Source of the DNA: Tubulanus polymorphus
Lineage: Eukaryota; Animalia; Nemertea
Assembly: GCF_964204645.1 (NCBI RefSeq)
Contig: NC_134030.1
Span: 19,924,210-19,988,209 of the forward strand
Length of the DNA stretch: 64,000 bases
Direction of reading: 5' to 3'
Part shown: positions 38,520 through 51,327 of the stretch, in pieces
Numbering within the stretch: position 1 is the stretch's first letter
Layout of the letters: the number at the start of each line of letters is the position of its first letter
The notes under the pieces: generated by a model
The model's input: only the letters and a program-made list of their open reading frames with translations
What the model was told of the DNA's origin: nothing
Databases searched by the model: none
Made by a program: the position numbers and the translations under genes

Positions 38520-39418
38520 ACTACTAAGCTCAAAGTAACATTTTCGGACTTTTTCTTATCATTGTGGGATTCTCTCTACATCGCGTCAACACGGATATAG
38601 TGTTCTATCAATCGTGTTCATAACCAAATTATTCTATAATAAATGATTTTCTATAATTGAGGTTAGGAACTAATTTCAAACGAATATCTTTTGACTAGAT
38701 CATTTGGGCTGAGGAACCAAACTTGGAAGCGACTCTGAAGACAAAAAATGAATTATCGATGATTATCTATATTAGATATTTAAAGCTTATCACTCACGGA
38801 AAGAAACGACAGAGACTTGTTCCTGCGATGCCCAAACACTAGCAATGCGGCCGCCCTGCAATCACTTCATAGCACGGCATTCAAACCAGCGATTCAAACC
38901 CGTTACACTGCTCTGCACTAAATCAAAAATACATCAAGTATTCTTTATGAATTTTTGACTATATCTATTATCAGTTCCTTTTTTTCTGTGTAGCTGCGTT
39001 ATTTCAAACCTGGCTCATTCTCTGACGAAAAGGTTCGCTCATTGAGAGCCTATTTGAAAACTGTCGCAATATCAATTTTCTTTTCGAATTTTTGAAAATG
39101 CCAAATTGCAAATATATTTTATTCAAATTCTAGGCGAAGAAAATGCTTGCTTACACAATGACTCGCATATGTGCTTTTGCTGCGATTGTGGCCAGTGCCG
39201 CGGCCTTCAGTGGTGAGTTAAGACTGGGAAAATAATACTCAGCTTCATGAGATTTCATAAAATGATATAATTCAATTCACAATTATCATTAAACATTTAG
39301 TATCCGTTTATCGACGGAACGAATTGATTCGATAGATATATTTCACAAAATGACACATATACATTATGACAAAAACCCTTTTAATTGACGTGCAACATAT
39401 TGTTATTATACACATGTA

Positions 39419-39605
39419 TTTTTTAACACCCTGGCCCGCTAAGCGCCACGCTAGAAGCGGGTTCGATGTTTCTTTTTCCCAATACCCACATCAGAGAAGA
39501 ACCTCCGACCAAGAAACTCTGCCGCCTCCAGGGTTTGAACCCATAAACCCTGGATTGATGAGAGCAGTGTCAGGCGGCTTATACCACTCGGCCACTGCGC
39601 CTCTC
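39419..39605 (-). mobile_element. tRNA-derived SINE copy
   Basis: Paralog of 3331-3516. Confidence 0.65.
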
Positions 39606-40157
39606 ATCTGTTATCCTCATCGGGATCATCATTATAGTCCTACATCTGGGGCGGGAGTTCCATTATTTCTTCAATTTAGGTAAAAACGTCTTTCACTTCA
39701 AAATTCAATTTTTAATTTCATGCTTTTTGAAAATATAGATTGCCATCCAAAGGACTGGACGTGTGACGATAGCCTTAAGTGTTGCAGCAACACCTGTAGA
39801 GCTAGTATTTGTTCCTGATCGTTGAGGACAAAGGTTTATAACGGGATATACTCGTGGTGGTTTGGGAAATGTATCCGATTATGAAACTGAACCACAGTCG
39901 GTTTTACTGACTAGGCCGTGTACTAAAAAGCTCGCACTGAATTTATATTTGTTACCGATTCTTCATATCTTGTACTAAATTTCATTCAATAAAACTGCGA
40001 GTAAATAAATCAATTGTCGGGTTGTTGACTGTTTATGATTCATCGGTCAGAGTTTTCAGAAGTTATCAGAAGTGCCATTCGATCGGCGGTGAAGAACATT
40101 CATCGTCAATTAAAAAGGACTACTCGTTAGCAAAAGTCCAAAAACTCCCTAATTCAA

Positions 40158-40713
40158 TTATTTCAGTCCCAGGGTTTAAATGTTTCATATGCATCCATCC
40201 ATATTAAGATATGTCGGCGATTTTCTTGTGACGTCACGCAACCTCGTATGAAACTGAGGAAAATAATATGAATTCAGTTTTAAGATGCTTTAAATGAAAT
40301 CCATTTTCGTAGTTCATTGATGCTTCGAATTTTTTTTATTAACGTATGCAAACATCGTGCAATCTTAGATGTCTATAGATTATATCAGCAATAGGTGCCG
40401 AATATAAAGAGTAAATAAACTGGCCCCGGAACTGAACCTCGGGGACTTCCACATCGAAAATCAGCAATATTACTAATTTTACCGTTTGTAGCAACTTTGT
40501 GTGTACATTCCTGAAGGTGCCTAAGATTTGAAATAATTCTGTTTTGAAGCTGATTAGCGGCCATACGTTCGAGCATCTTTGTGGCTACAGGTTAATAAGA
40601 TAATGATCTATAATTATTCAATTAACATAGATTTAGAAGTTGTGGTTTTTATCAATTGCTAAACCGAGCATGATTTTAATTAAACAGTTCGTAGGTACAA
40701 CACCGGTTTCCAA
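40158..40713 (-). mobile_element. LINE RT relic copy
   Basis: Paralog of 4070-4658. Confidence 0.65.
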
Positions 40714-41460
40714 AGTGCAATTTATAATTCTATTAACGATTGGAACAGTAACACACTGTTTTAGAATTGGCGCGGGCAACTAAAGCATCGCCCTTATACT
40801 TCGCAAATCCACGACCCGCATCAAAATTGCTCGGAGCACCACGGCAAAACCGATCATTAACGCAACTAATGGTCAGTAGCGTATGTTCCAAACGAGCGAT
40901 GGAAATTCGCCTATTTCAAACTGGTCATTTATGCGTTAAATACAAGCACTTGAGAGACACACGGATACGCGACATCGACTTAATAGCGTAACCTGCATTT
41001 TCAAGTGTAATCAAAATCAATTTCGAAAGATTTTGCGGTTTGAAATTAAACAAATTCGTACGGATATAGTTAATGAAATTTTGAATTGATGCAAAGGTAG
41101 AAAAGTATTGAATAATGATTTTTAGGCTCATCGTGAATATTCGACGATTCTATAACTAAAATTACGTTCGGGTTGAATGTTGTCTGATAAAATATGTAAT
41201 GTCTAATGTCTAAATTCGTGTGTGAACAAATTGGAAAAATCGAAATTGGAATTAATTGGCCTTAAGAATTTTGGTAGGCAACATGGAATCTAGAAATTAT
41301 TGCTAATTGATAAACAGATCTGTAAGCAAAAAATCCAAACATTTCAAATCTAGAATCAGTTTTCAAACTAATTGCGGCAGTAACTAAAAAATCAACTTAA
41401 ATGAAGTCACAGCGAATTCTCTAATTGGACGAACTGTAATTTGTGCTCGGTTGTTGTTCG

Positions 41461-42687
41461 ATGAAAATGGTTTCGGTTCATTTTGTTGTGTTGATGCAGT
41501 TCGGTATGGATCGACTGAGAGCGCTGTTTATAGCGTCGCTGATCGTCTGGCGAGTTAACATCGCACACGCTGATCTGTCTGACTCTGTGACGGTCAGTTC
41601 GTCTTGTAACAACACTTGGTACCCCGTCGATTCTACGTCCGGTTACATCGTTTCACCGAATTACCCGTCGTTAACGCGCGGTGTTGAATGTCGTTGGTTC
41701 GCCAACAGCTCTTTACCGGGGACTTTCAACATCAAACTATACTACGACATCGAGCCGTCGATATTCTGTAATGATAACTACCTTCTCGTCGGTGAGTCCG
41801 ATAACAGATTCTGCGGTGAAGGAAAACATGAGATCCGCCGTAACGATTCGATCTCGTTGATGTTTAGAAGTAACGTCGATGGTGCGTGGGGTAGTCGGGT
41901 TTATATCACATATCGTTTAGAACGGAACAATTTGAAATTAATTCACACCTGCGCAAAATACAACGAATTACCAACATCGATAGGATACAAGTTTGCTATG
42001 TTGGTAAAGCAATGTAAATTGTATTTGGAATGGATCGGGATCCCGGATGGCTTTGCTATGAATTTCACGTTTTCGGATATAAAATTCGAATTACACCCCG
42101 GCACTGATCCAGAGAAAACTGTTCAAATTCATGACGGATGGAACAGCAGTGAACTTATTGCTGTAATACCTGAACAAAGCGGGCATCCACCTTCATCCTT
42201 TTATACTAAGACAAACAAAGCTATGATCAGTTTCCTACGTGTGCGAAACGTACTTACATCACAACTATCAGTTCAGATCTATAGAATCTCTGAATGGAAC
42301 GTCTCTAATCCGTTAATTCAAATCTCTAATAACGAGTCTGGGGTGCTCATTCCTGATGACAACAGTTTACACGTAATAACTCGATCAAAACACTTACACT
42401 GCTGGTCTATCACAGTGCAGGTGTTACAGTACGTCGTCTTCAACTGGGCACGTGATCTCAGCACATCCGGCGACGTCATTGGTGTATATAAACTAGAAGG
42501 GTTACGCGTTGTAGGAACTGATATTTTACTCGGTTACAACTACCTGGAATCACTGAGTGTTAAATCTGACGGCTTTCTCGTCATACTGTGCGTTTTAATA
42601 AGACAAGGTGTTTTACCGTCGAATGTGAAAATTGAATTTGAAGTGAAATCTATTTCCATAAAAGACGTACGAGTGGATAAACCCTTG
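41461..42687 (+). CDS. Copy 4 exon 1 (12-bp in-frame deletion versus other copies)
   Basis: ORF 41443-42750; donor GTGAGT at 42688. Confidence 0.85.
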
Positions 42688-45600
42688 GTGAGTATTGTGC
42701 GTTTTAATTTTAAGTTTATGATTTTATTGTGTGTGGATCTCTGTTATTAGGTTTCATCCGTAGAGTTTATGTTTGTGTTCTGAGAATAAAGTGAAAGTCT
42801 TCGAAGCCAACACGAGAAGTTACGCGCACTTTTTCTTGGAGATCCAGATACTATAACTGCATGTTTAAACGATTATTGGGATGATTTAGGGTGGTTTTTT
42901 TCAACGAAAATACTTTATTGGGAAATTTGGATTTTTCCACCTGAAGAAGATATTTCATTTTAGCAAATCTTAAAACGTGGCAAAATCATAACTCGAGATA
43001 GATTTGAAAATGCTTTTATGTTATTAATACTTAATAAAACGAATGCTGATTTGTTATATTTTGTAGATATCTGGTAACAGAAACAGCTACCGCTTGCCTG
43101 CTCAAAGATTGTTCCCGACGACAAAGAAGACAACATTATCGTATCGCATAAATACATTAGAATTTAAACAGAAAGTTGATATCTATGATGATGGATTGAG
43201 ATTAGCAGTTTTATCAGAGACGTGCGAGAGAGCTGGATTTTATATATATGATGGTGGTAATTTTACAGCTAGACGCTATGGTCCGTATTGTCCTGGTTAT
43301 GAATACAGTCGTAACGTCGTCAGTCTGATTACATCAGGAGGACAGGTTACTGTAGTAGGATACGCTTATAATGAACCTAAATCTGGGTCTCTCGGATTCA
43401 ATCCTACTGACTGTGACGGGTATGTTTTACAGGAAGGTGAAAATCAGATCAATATGACGTCACACTGCCTCACGATTACACCTGAAAACCGGCGCCTTCA
43501 TTTAGAAAATATTTATATATTATCAGAACACGAATATCAAATTTACACTTGTTCCCGTGGTTCAAATTCGTGTCCTGATGTTACTTTTACAACTCAATTA
43601 CTGAATAACAGTCTCTTATTGAATCATCTGATGATAAAAGGAAATAGTTATAGGTTCTGGAGAAGTTCAATGATGATTGTACTACGACGTAAATGTTTGG
43701 TGTTGATGATCTATCAAGATTCCCCGGTAGTTACTGCTAGTAGTTTTGCATACGTCCCGCCGATGCGAGAAAAATGTGGAGTCGCACAATCACCGAACTA
43801 TCCTCGATATTTTACACAACGCGGCAAATCTTTGTACTACTCATTTCATTACGACAAACATTTGAATTATTACATCAGATTCCTTTTCAAATTTATGGGA
43901 CACGCCTCGTGCAGCCCTTCTAGTAGTAATGCTGTTCGAGACCTGTTATTACTGGTACAGAGTATTTTTAAACCCGGTAGTGTTTTACTCCTTGTGGGGC
44001 TGCGTCGCCACGAGACTAAAATATGTGAAAATAACGCAGTACCGGGACTTGTATTGTACAGTCTACTCGGGTATGACGTTTACTTTGAAGCGAATAACTA
44101 TATCCCTTTATTTCAAATTCAATACACTTTACAACAATCGCCTTCACAAACACATCGAAATAATGACTGCGGATCAGATTTTCTAGATTCAGGTGTTTCG
44201 TGTATAAGATACATCAAACATGAACGTCTGAATTGGGAGAACGCTGAAATTTACTGTCAACAGAAATACGGTGGACATCTTCTCAGTATCAACTCTGAAC
44301 AGGAAATGATTGCTGGAAAAAAACTGTTCGCTACGAAACTTCTGCAGGAGGCGTATTCACAAGCGGCGCTGATTGTGATGATTGGATTGAAATGGCAGGT
44401 AATTTCAAATTATCGTTATGAACATGTTTACCAACATTCATTTAGTTTTGAACATGATTTTGAATTTGTTACGAATTCATTCATTCTCTACTAAAAGTTT
44501 AGAATCTTTCATATTAATTGAAACAGATTTCTATTAGTCAACGTGTAGAATATAACATAATCTTAATTTGATAAACTCAATTCAGACGCTTGATATAAGT
44601 TAGATATCCTAAAGCTAATCGCCATGAACACTTCTAAAACCATTTCGATCAATGAAACTGAATTTATTTTGAACAGGATGATGGTTATTACACGTGGACT
44701 GATGGAAAACCATTGAGCTACACAGAGTGGTTTAAACCTACTATAATAAACGAAACGATACCAGAAATTATTCAAGGATTGATATCTCCTCTACGAAAAC
44801 AACCGATAAATGACGTCAATATGCCGTGTACGGCGATGATACTGAATAATCCACGAGGATCAGCGAACTGGGTTCGATTCCCGTGTCAAATCGAGGAAAC
44901 TCGAACAACTTTCATTTGTGAGAAAGACAAAGATAACTCCTTATCTACTAACAATCACAAATTACCTGTTGTAGAAGAAAACTCTACTTATTATTCGGGG
45001 ATATTGAAATCAGTTAACTCCACGTGTTTAAAGGGATGGATTGGTATAGGAGGACATTGCTATCAGATACTTACAGCCTGGGATTCTCACAGATTGTCAA
45101 TTCGGGAAGCTGAGAAAATGTGTCTTAAAATCGGTGGTGAAATAGGTATAGTATCAAATGATGTTATAATTCAGCATTTGATTCAAATATTTCATTATGA
45201 ACATCAATATGGTGCTATACTGGCGAAGGCTACGGATAGTGAATTTCTTGCTCTGAATCCAGTTTTGACCAGAGATGAAATAACATATAAAAAAACGGTG
45301 AAATGGTCAGTGACTGCCTTTGATAATGTCACAGATGTAGCGCATTCAGTGCTATGTTCCTACAATGTAACTGGTGAAGAGTTGACTTCTATAAAAAGGT
45401 GTAAATCGTGGCAATTTGAATGTAACGATCAAAGATGTATCAGCGATCATCGCGTATGTGATACCAGAAACGACTGTCAACACGGTGAAGATGAACTCGA
45501 TTGTTCGGATTCAATCTTGCGCAGTCAGTTCCACTGTACTGATGAAAGAATTATATCAGTTAGTAATTTGTGTGATTTTGTACGAGATTGCGCAGACGGA

Positions 45601-47907
45601 TCAGATGAGAACTCGTGCTATCATACTTCATGTTCCTCTGAACAGTTTAAGTGTAGCAATGAACAATGTGTGGGTAAATATAATCGATGTGATGGACTGG
45701 TTGATTGTAAAGATAAATCTGATGAGATCGGCTGCTCTTCAGATGAATGTAACGGGTTTCTGTGTGTAAATGGTGAATGTATCAGTTCTCTGTTGTATCG
45801 GGATGGCGTTGTAGATTGTGCTGGTAGCCTCGAAGAAGATGAGATTGTCACCAACATAACAGTTACACCAAAGATTCACTGTACTACAGAGAACTACTGT
45901 ACGACTAGTTTCACAAACTTATGTAAGAAATCCGATGAACAAAGATGTTCTTTCGATTCTCCTCATTGTTATTCTAGACGTCACAGGTGCATTTTAGAAA
46001 GGATGTCGATTGGTTACCCGGTATGTAGAAGGCTCGAACATATACAAGGTTGTACTGATTTCAAATGTCCAGCTGGTGCTGCAAAATGTCCAGCATCTTA
46101 CTGTATACCGATGGGACAGGTGTGCGATGGTCGATCCGATTGTCCTAACTCAGAAGATGAGCGAAACTGCAAGACTTTGTCATGTCCTGGCATGTTTAAG
46201 TGTGGCCAAGAAAACCGATGCATACCTCAATCTGATATTTGTGATGGTGTCGTCAATTGTAAACATACCACCGATGACGAAGCGTTCTGTGACGTCATAT
46301 GTCCAAAGGACTGTAAATGTCAAGGTCATTTGATAGATTGCGATCATGCTGGTTTCGTAGAAATTACTGATCTTTTCTCGGCATCAACTCGAGTTCTGAT
46401 TTTGTCAAGAAACCAAGTTGTATTCAATGAGTCAACATTTTCTTCGTACCTCTATTTACATTTCCTTAATATTTCACGTAACAATTTGTCTTATATTGTT
46501 CCAAACGCGTTCTCAAACCTGCATAATCTACATACATTAGATCTTACCTATAACCACATAATATCATTTACCGAGAATACATTCGCCGGTTTGTATAGTT
46601 TGAAAAAACTTTTGTTTTTTGGAAATCCAGTGAGATATTTAAAAGAAGGCAGTTTTCATGGTTTAAAGTCATTGAGCGATCTCGATCTTCACGGACTTTC
46701 CTTGTCGTTACTCGGTGGAAATGTGTTCAGTGGTTTATCCGCTTTAGAGTCGTTAAATGTCAGCAGTAACGTGATCAAATATATTTCACCAAATGCGTTC
46801 GCCGGATTAACAAAACTAAGAAATCTGGATCTAACCAAAAATTCTGAAGTCATATCCGTACAAAGAAACGTTTTTGACAGTCTTACATTATTGAGTTCTT
46901 TGGCTTCTGACGCGTACAAATTTTGTTGCATGGTTCCGAATGTTGACCAGTGTCTCCCGGAAGCCGACCAATTTTCATCTTGTTCCGACCTGATGGGTAA
47001 CACTGTTCTTAGAGCAATCATTTGGGCGATCGCTTCATTCAGCTTTTTTGCCAACATAATCGTAATTTCACTCCGCGTTCAAGCGTTACGCATTTCATCC
47101 TCTGAATCACGTAACATATCCTCTGATATCCTAATCATTAATATTGCCACCTGCGATTTTCTCATGTCAATTTATCTTTTTCTGATCGCTGGAGCCGATT
47201 ACGTCTATAAAGGTGTTTATTTCCTCAATTCCGAAATGTGGACAGATAGTTCACTGTGTCGACTCGCTGGGATTTTAGTAACTCTTTCGTGCGAAGGGTC
47301 TTTGCTTTTTCTCCTGATTCTAACCCGTCAAAGATACTCGAATATCGTCGATCCATTTTCTGGAAGCCCAATTATATCATCGACATATGTGTTCGGTATT
47401 TGCTGTATATGCTGGATCATTTTGGGCAACATTTCAATGCTACCGTTGTCGTCATCTTCTTATTTCGGACATAACTTTTACGGCACAACTGGTGTTTGTT
47501 TACCAATGAATTTACTATCCATCGATGTCCACGCCTGGCAATATTCATTCGCTATTTTTGCCGTGTTTAACTCGGTCGTACTTGCTACAATAATGATGAC
47601 GTATGCACAGATGTATAGACTCGTATCTGGAAGCAGGTCCGGCTCGGGTAGAGCAGATCCTACCGAATTGGTTCTGGCGCGTAGGAGTTTAGTGATAAAT
47701 CTGTGTAATTTATTTTGCTGGTTACCGATAATTATCGTTCAGTTTTGCGCTGTATTCCGAGTAGAAATACCGAATCAAGTGGCGGCTTGGTTGGCGGTAC
47801 TTTTCCTACCGATCAACTCGTCACTGAATCCACTTCTTTACACCATCCTCACTATTGATATTAAATCTATTCGGGCCAGAAATAAACGCGTTTTGAAAAC
47901 TCGCTGA
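41461..47907 (+). CDS. GRL101-like: Copy 4, intact GRL101-like LGR, ~1929 aa
   Basis: Exons 41461-42687, 43067-44398, 44677-47907 total 5790 nt, all phase 0 and open, with the same domain order as copy 3. Confidence 0.9.
43067..44398 (+). CDS. Copy 4 exon 2
   Basis: Acceptor TTTTGTAG ends at 43066; donor GTAATT at 44399. Confidence 0.88.
44677..47907 (+). CDS. Copy 4 exon 3
   Basis: Acceptor AACAG ends at 44676, in frame with the 1064-aa ORF. Confidence 0.92.
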   Translation, partial: DDGYYTWTDGKPLSYTEWFKPTIINETIPEIIQGLISPLRKQPINDVNMPCTAMILNNPRGSANWVRFPCQIEETRTTFICEKDKDNSLSTNNHKLPVVEENSTYYSGILKSVNSTCLKGWIGIGGHCYQILTAWDSHRLSIREAEKMCLKIGGEIGIVSNDVIIQHLIQIFHYEHQYGAILAKATDSEFLALNPVLTRDEITYKKTVKWSVTAFDNVTDVAHSVLCSYNVTGEELTSIKRCKSWQFECNDQRCISDHRVCDTRNDCQHGEDELDCSDSILRSQFHCTDERIISVSNLCDFVRDCADGSDENSCYHTSCSSEQFKCSNEQCVGKYNRCDGLVDCKDKSDEIGCSSDECNGFLCVNGECISSLLYRDGVVDCAGSLEEDEIVTNITVTPKIHCTTENYCTTSFTNLCKKSDEQRCSFDSPHCYSRRHRCILERMSIGYPVCRRLEHIQGCTDFKCPAGAAKCPASYCIPMGQVCDGRSDCPNSEDERNCKTLSCPGMFKCGQENRCIPQSDICDGVVNCKHTTDDEAFCDVICPKDCKCQGHLIDCDHAGFVEITDLFSASTRVLILSRNQVVFNESTFSSYLYLHFLNISRNNLSYIVPNAFSNLHNLHTLDLTYNHIISFTENTFAGLYSLKKLLFFGNPVRYLKEGSFHGLKSLSDLDLHGLSLSLLGGNVFSGLSALESLNVSSNVIKYISPNAFAGLTKLRNLDLTKNSEVISVQRNVFDSLTLLSSLASDAYKFCCMVPNVDQCLPEADQFSSCSDLMGNTVLRAIIWAIASFSFFANIIVISLRVQALRISSSESRNISSDILIINIATCDFLMSIYLFLIAGADYVYKGVYFLNSEMWTDSSLCRLAGILVTLSCEGSLLFLLILTRQRYSNIVDPFSGSPIISSTYVFGICCICWIILGNISMLPLSSSSYFGHNFYGTTGVCLPMNLLSIDVHAWQYSFAIFAVFNSVVLATIMMTYAQMYRLVSGSRSGSGRADPTELVLARRSLVINLCNLFCWLPIIIVQFCAVFRVEIPNQVAAWLAVLFLPINSSLNPLLYTILTIDIKSIRARNKRVLKTR

Positions 47908-49980
47908 ACCATTCGACAGTCAAACCCTGACTATGCACTCTAATCAGAATGCTGCGAAATCTTTTCAGATGAAATATATTATATACATAAACAAATACGT
48001 AGCAAACGTGTGGACTCGAGAACGAACTGATACTTGCTTATACGTTCCGATAAAAAAAAAACTGACGACACTTCAAGATAATATCGCAAAATAATGAAAT
48101 CATCGAATGGGTTTCGAATCGTGTCCAGAAATACGACGTAGCGATAAGAATACACGCTAGGAGAGCTGTATAATGTCATCTAATATGAGTTGTAACACCG
48201 ATTATCCTGACAGTTAATTACGTTTATTTATATCAGGATGATTTAAAAATTATGTAAGCTGGAAATAAAGGTGTCAAATAGTGGTACATGTTCTACGTTC
48301 ATCGATTTTAAACCGTATTTGAGCGCTTCAATGTTTATTCGAAGGATAAAGCTTGCGTTGCTTTCGTCCATTCAAAGTCCTAAGTCCGGAGTAGGTGGGA
48401 TCACTTCAAATGCGTGTCGATCCATATGGACATTATCGGCGCTGTTAAAGGTGATCTACGTCTTTTGAATTCAGTCGTGTCCAGTATGTTCTTGCCAGTT
48501 TCTCGTTTATTAATCTTTTGCAGCCTCGGCTTTCAACACTCCCCTGACAAAGGATAAATATCGTATAATGACAAAGGATAAGTATCGTCTAATGCACTGA
48601 GTTAGGTGTACTCGGGCCCACAACGGGAACGACAATTGAATCAATCGCTCAACACTGATCAGAATGATTACCGAGTTCCGATGCATCTTCGCCGTGTGAA
48701 CAAGTCCGTCACAGTACACAGTAAACACCGCCGACACTCGGAATTTTTCCAGACCGTACGTCCACAACGATAAGTATTCCTTCAATGAGGTGAGGCAAAA
48801 TATCGCAACCAGGTATTTTAGGATCGCAAATATTCTGAGCAGGTGGTACGTACAAATTTGTAAATTCGAGAAAAAAAAATTGTAAGAAATAACCGTGAAA
48901 ATTAGCGTTCGAACCCCTAAGCCCTCGGTTGCCTGGAGACTAGTGACCGGCGGCTTAAAACCACTCGGCCAGTGCGCCTCTTACATGAGTTCATAGAAGA
49001 TTTGGCTAGTGTATTGAGCTTGGATCAAAATTTCCACCAGTTGTGATCTAGATGCTTAGTATACGTTAGTATACTGAACGGCATGATCGATGACCAACAA
49101 TATTCACCATTGAATATACGATTTACTCACCTGTTGCACTGGAGGTTTGGGTTACTGATATTTCTGATCGATGAACCATGCTCACGAATCGGTGTGCAAA
49201 TACATTTTCTAAAAGGAGTTTTATACAAATATACAGTTTGACAGGTTGTAGTGCAGTTCGGTCGTCAAAACAACTGACGAAAATTCTAATGAATAGTTAA
49301 TTCATCATATGAAACTGAATTAACTCACAAACATCAACACCGTACTGCTAACAAAGCTATTTCCAAAAATTTCGATGTATTAGATTAGGCAACCAAGAAA
49401 ATCCATCCCCAATCAGTCGCTTGCCGGTTAAGACTGAATGGAAGATTGTTTGAATGAACCGGAACCGAATTTCCCAAATATGTAGTTCGATTTGAGCAAA
49501 AAACTTTTGTTAACTCGACCGTCGATCACACAACTATATCTGTACTTCGATTTCAAAACGAAACCCCCTGTTTCGCTCCCGGCAGGTGTCGTGGGTCTGT
49601 AAGGGACACTCAATCAAAAAATCAAACGAAATTTACCAACCAAATAAACAACAGGTACAATCCCTGTTTTAGAAAAAAAACACAAATGAAGAAGAGCCAC
49701 AATTCGAAGTATACACGATAAAATCTATCAAATTGATTCCACCACGTTCGCTAACAGCCACTATCACGTGGGAATCGGCAAAATTACGGCAATATTTAAA
49801 CTTCAAACCGGGGCGTTGATGACGTACGTAGTCCCGGCCCATTACATACATGAGCGACTTCTAGACGAATAATAAATTTATCGAAAATCCCGATTAGAAT
49901 ATTCCTGCTGTGCGGCCAGTTTGTTCTCTACTTATCATCAAACTGTGTTAAACATATCCTCAATTGACGGTGCAGAATTT

Positions 49981-50379
49981 CAGGGGCGAATCTCGGGTAT
50001 TTGGGTCCAGGGAAGTAAAAGGGACCATATGGAGCGTTTCTGTAATGACGATGCAAGACGCATAACGGCATACCCCTATGGCCAGGACAATAGAAATGTT
50101 TTTAAATTTCAAGAAGAATTTGGTCAGATTTTCCACGAAGTTGAATATTGACATCCATGATCATAAAATACACAATACCACGACCACAATCACAATACCA
50201 TTGTATATTCATCATTTTGTATGAGAAAATACCACTTCTGTTTTTTTTATACTCACCTTAATTGAAATAATGTCACTTTTAAACAGTTTCGAGGATTTCT
50301 TAGGAATTCTTTTTTGTGACTTTCAAATTAAGGCGGGGTCGGGGGGAGGGGGTTGGGGGTTCCTCTAAATCCGCCCCTG
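49981..50379. mobile_element. Old MITE-like element with CAGGGGCG termini and an internal G-run cluster
   Basis: Left CAGGGGCGAATCT, right AAATCCGCCCCTG. No clear TSD; only the right end survives in other spacers. Confidence 0.45.
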
Positions 50380-51281
50380 AAATGTGCCGCATTCTTAGGC
50401 AGTTTTTACTCCAAGTCTTCAAATCACGAGGAATACACGTATCACAGAGGGCCGCATTACGTCACTGCAGAAAATGCGTCTCGTGGAGAAAATGGTGGAA
50501 GGCGGGGACTTAACAAAACTGTTTAGATGATATGAAAGACGATGTGTTTTTCTGCTATCGTGAATATGTATTGTTAAAGGTTTTGAATACATATGGATTT
50601 AAAAACTTCTCGCTGCATTTCCCTGTTAGAGGACACCATGAAGAGTCAATCAATCACCAAAGCTGTGCAATTATTTGGTTTCATTTCAATTTGTATTTGA
50701 AGAATATATAGTATCGCGCGCAGTATTTTTCATCCATTCGTCGACTGTTCTGGCTCGAGAAAACGAGATATTGTCATTTCGAAAGTATAATACGTTGGAA
50801 GAGCGACTAAGGTAAGCGTAGTGATAAAATATTCTAATTTAACGATAAAAAATGATACCTTGTTTCTTAAAAGCTTAAAAGTTGACCCGGCCGGCCGCCG
50901 CCTATCTACACTATACATTATTCTAAAAATGAAACTATTATCAGCCATTCGACAACAAGACGCGGCGGCTATTGAAACGAACGGATTACAAATTTTATTG
51001 AAATTTACAAAATAACCCGGGCTCTGCGGAGAAACAAGGTGTCATTTTTAGCCTAAAAATAATATACTCCGATAAGTACAGCAGCAATTTCAGTAGCTGG
51101 AATCTAAAATACGACACACGACTAAACACTATTTTTCTGCTGAAAATCATGCATCGATTAATTGATCAATGACGTGTCACTGATCATACCGTTTAGCATA
51201 GTAGTATATTCTACGGTTATATGTAGATTTTCACCGATGGAGATCTCAATATAAATTACATAAAATTCATAACCAAATTCA

Positions 51282-51327
51282 TTATTCCTGAAGATGACTA
51301 TTAGGATATAGTCGAAACGTTGAATAA
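51282..51327 (+). ncRNA. Minimal hammerhead ribozyme motif, copy 2
   Basis: Same sequence as 38474-38519. Confidence 0.7.

Noticed and set aside
38708-38745. Additional CTGANGA motifs as hammerheads (also ~39022)
   Set aside because: No stem II followed by GAAA and no closing stem I.
38304-39085. The 780-bp presence/absence block as a single transposon
   Set aside because: No TIRs or TSD at its ends; more likely deleted from spacers 0-2.
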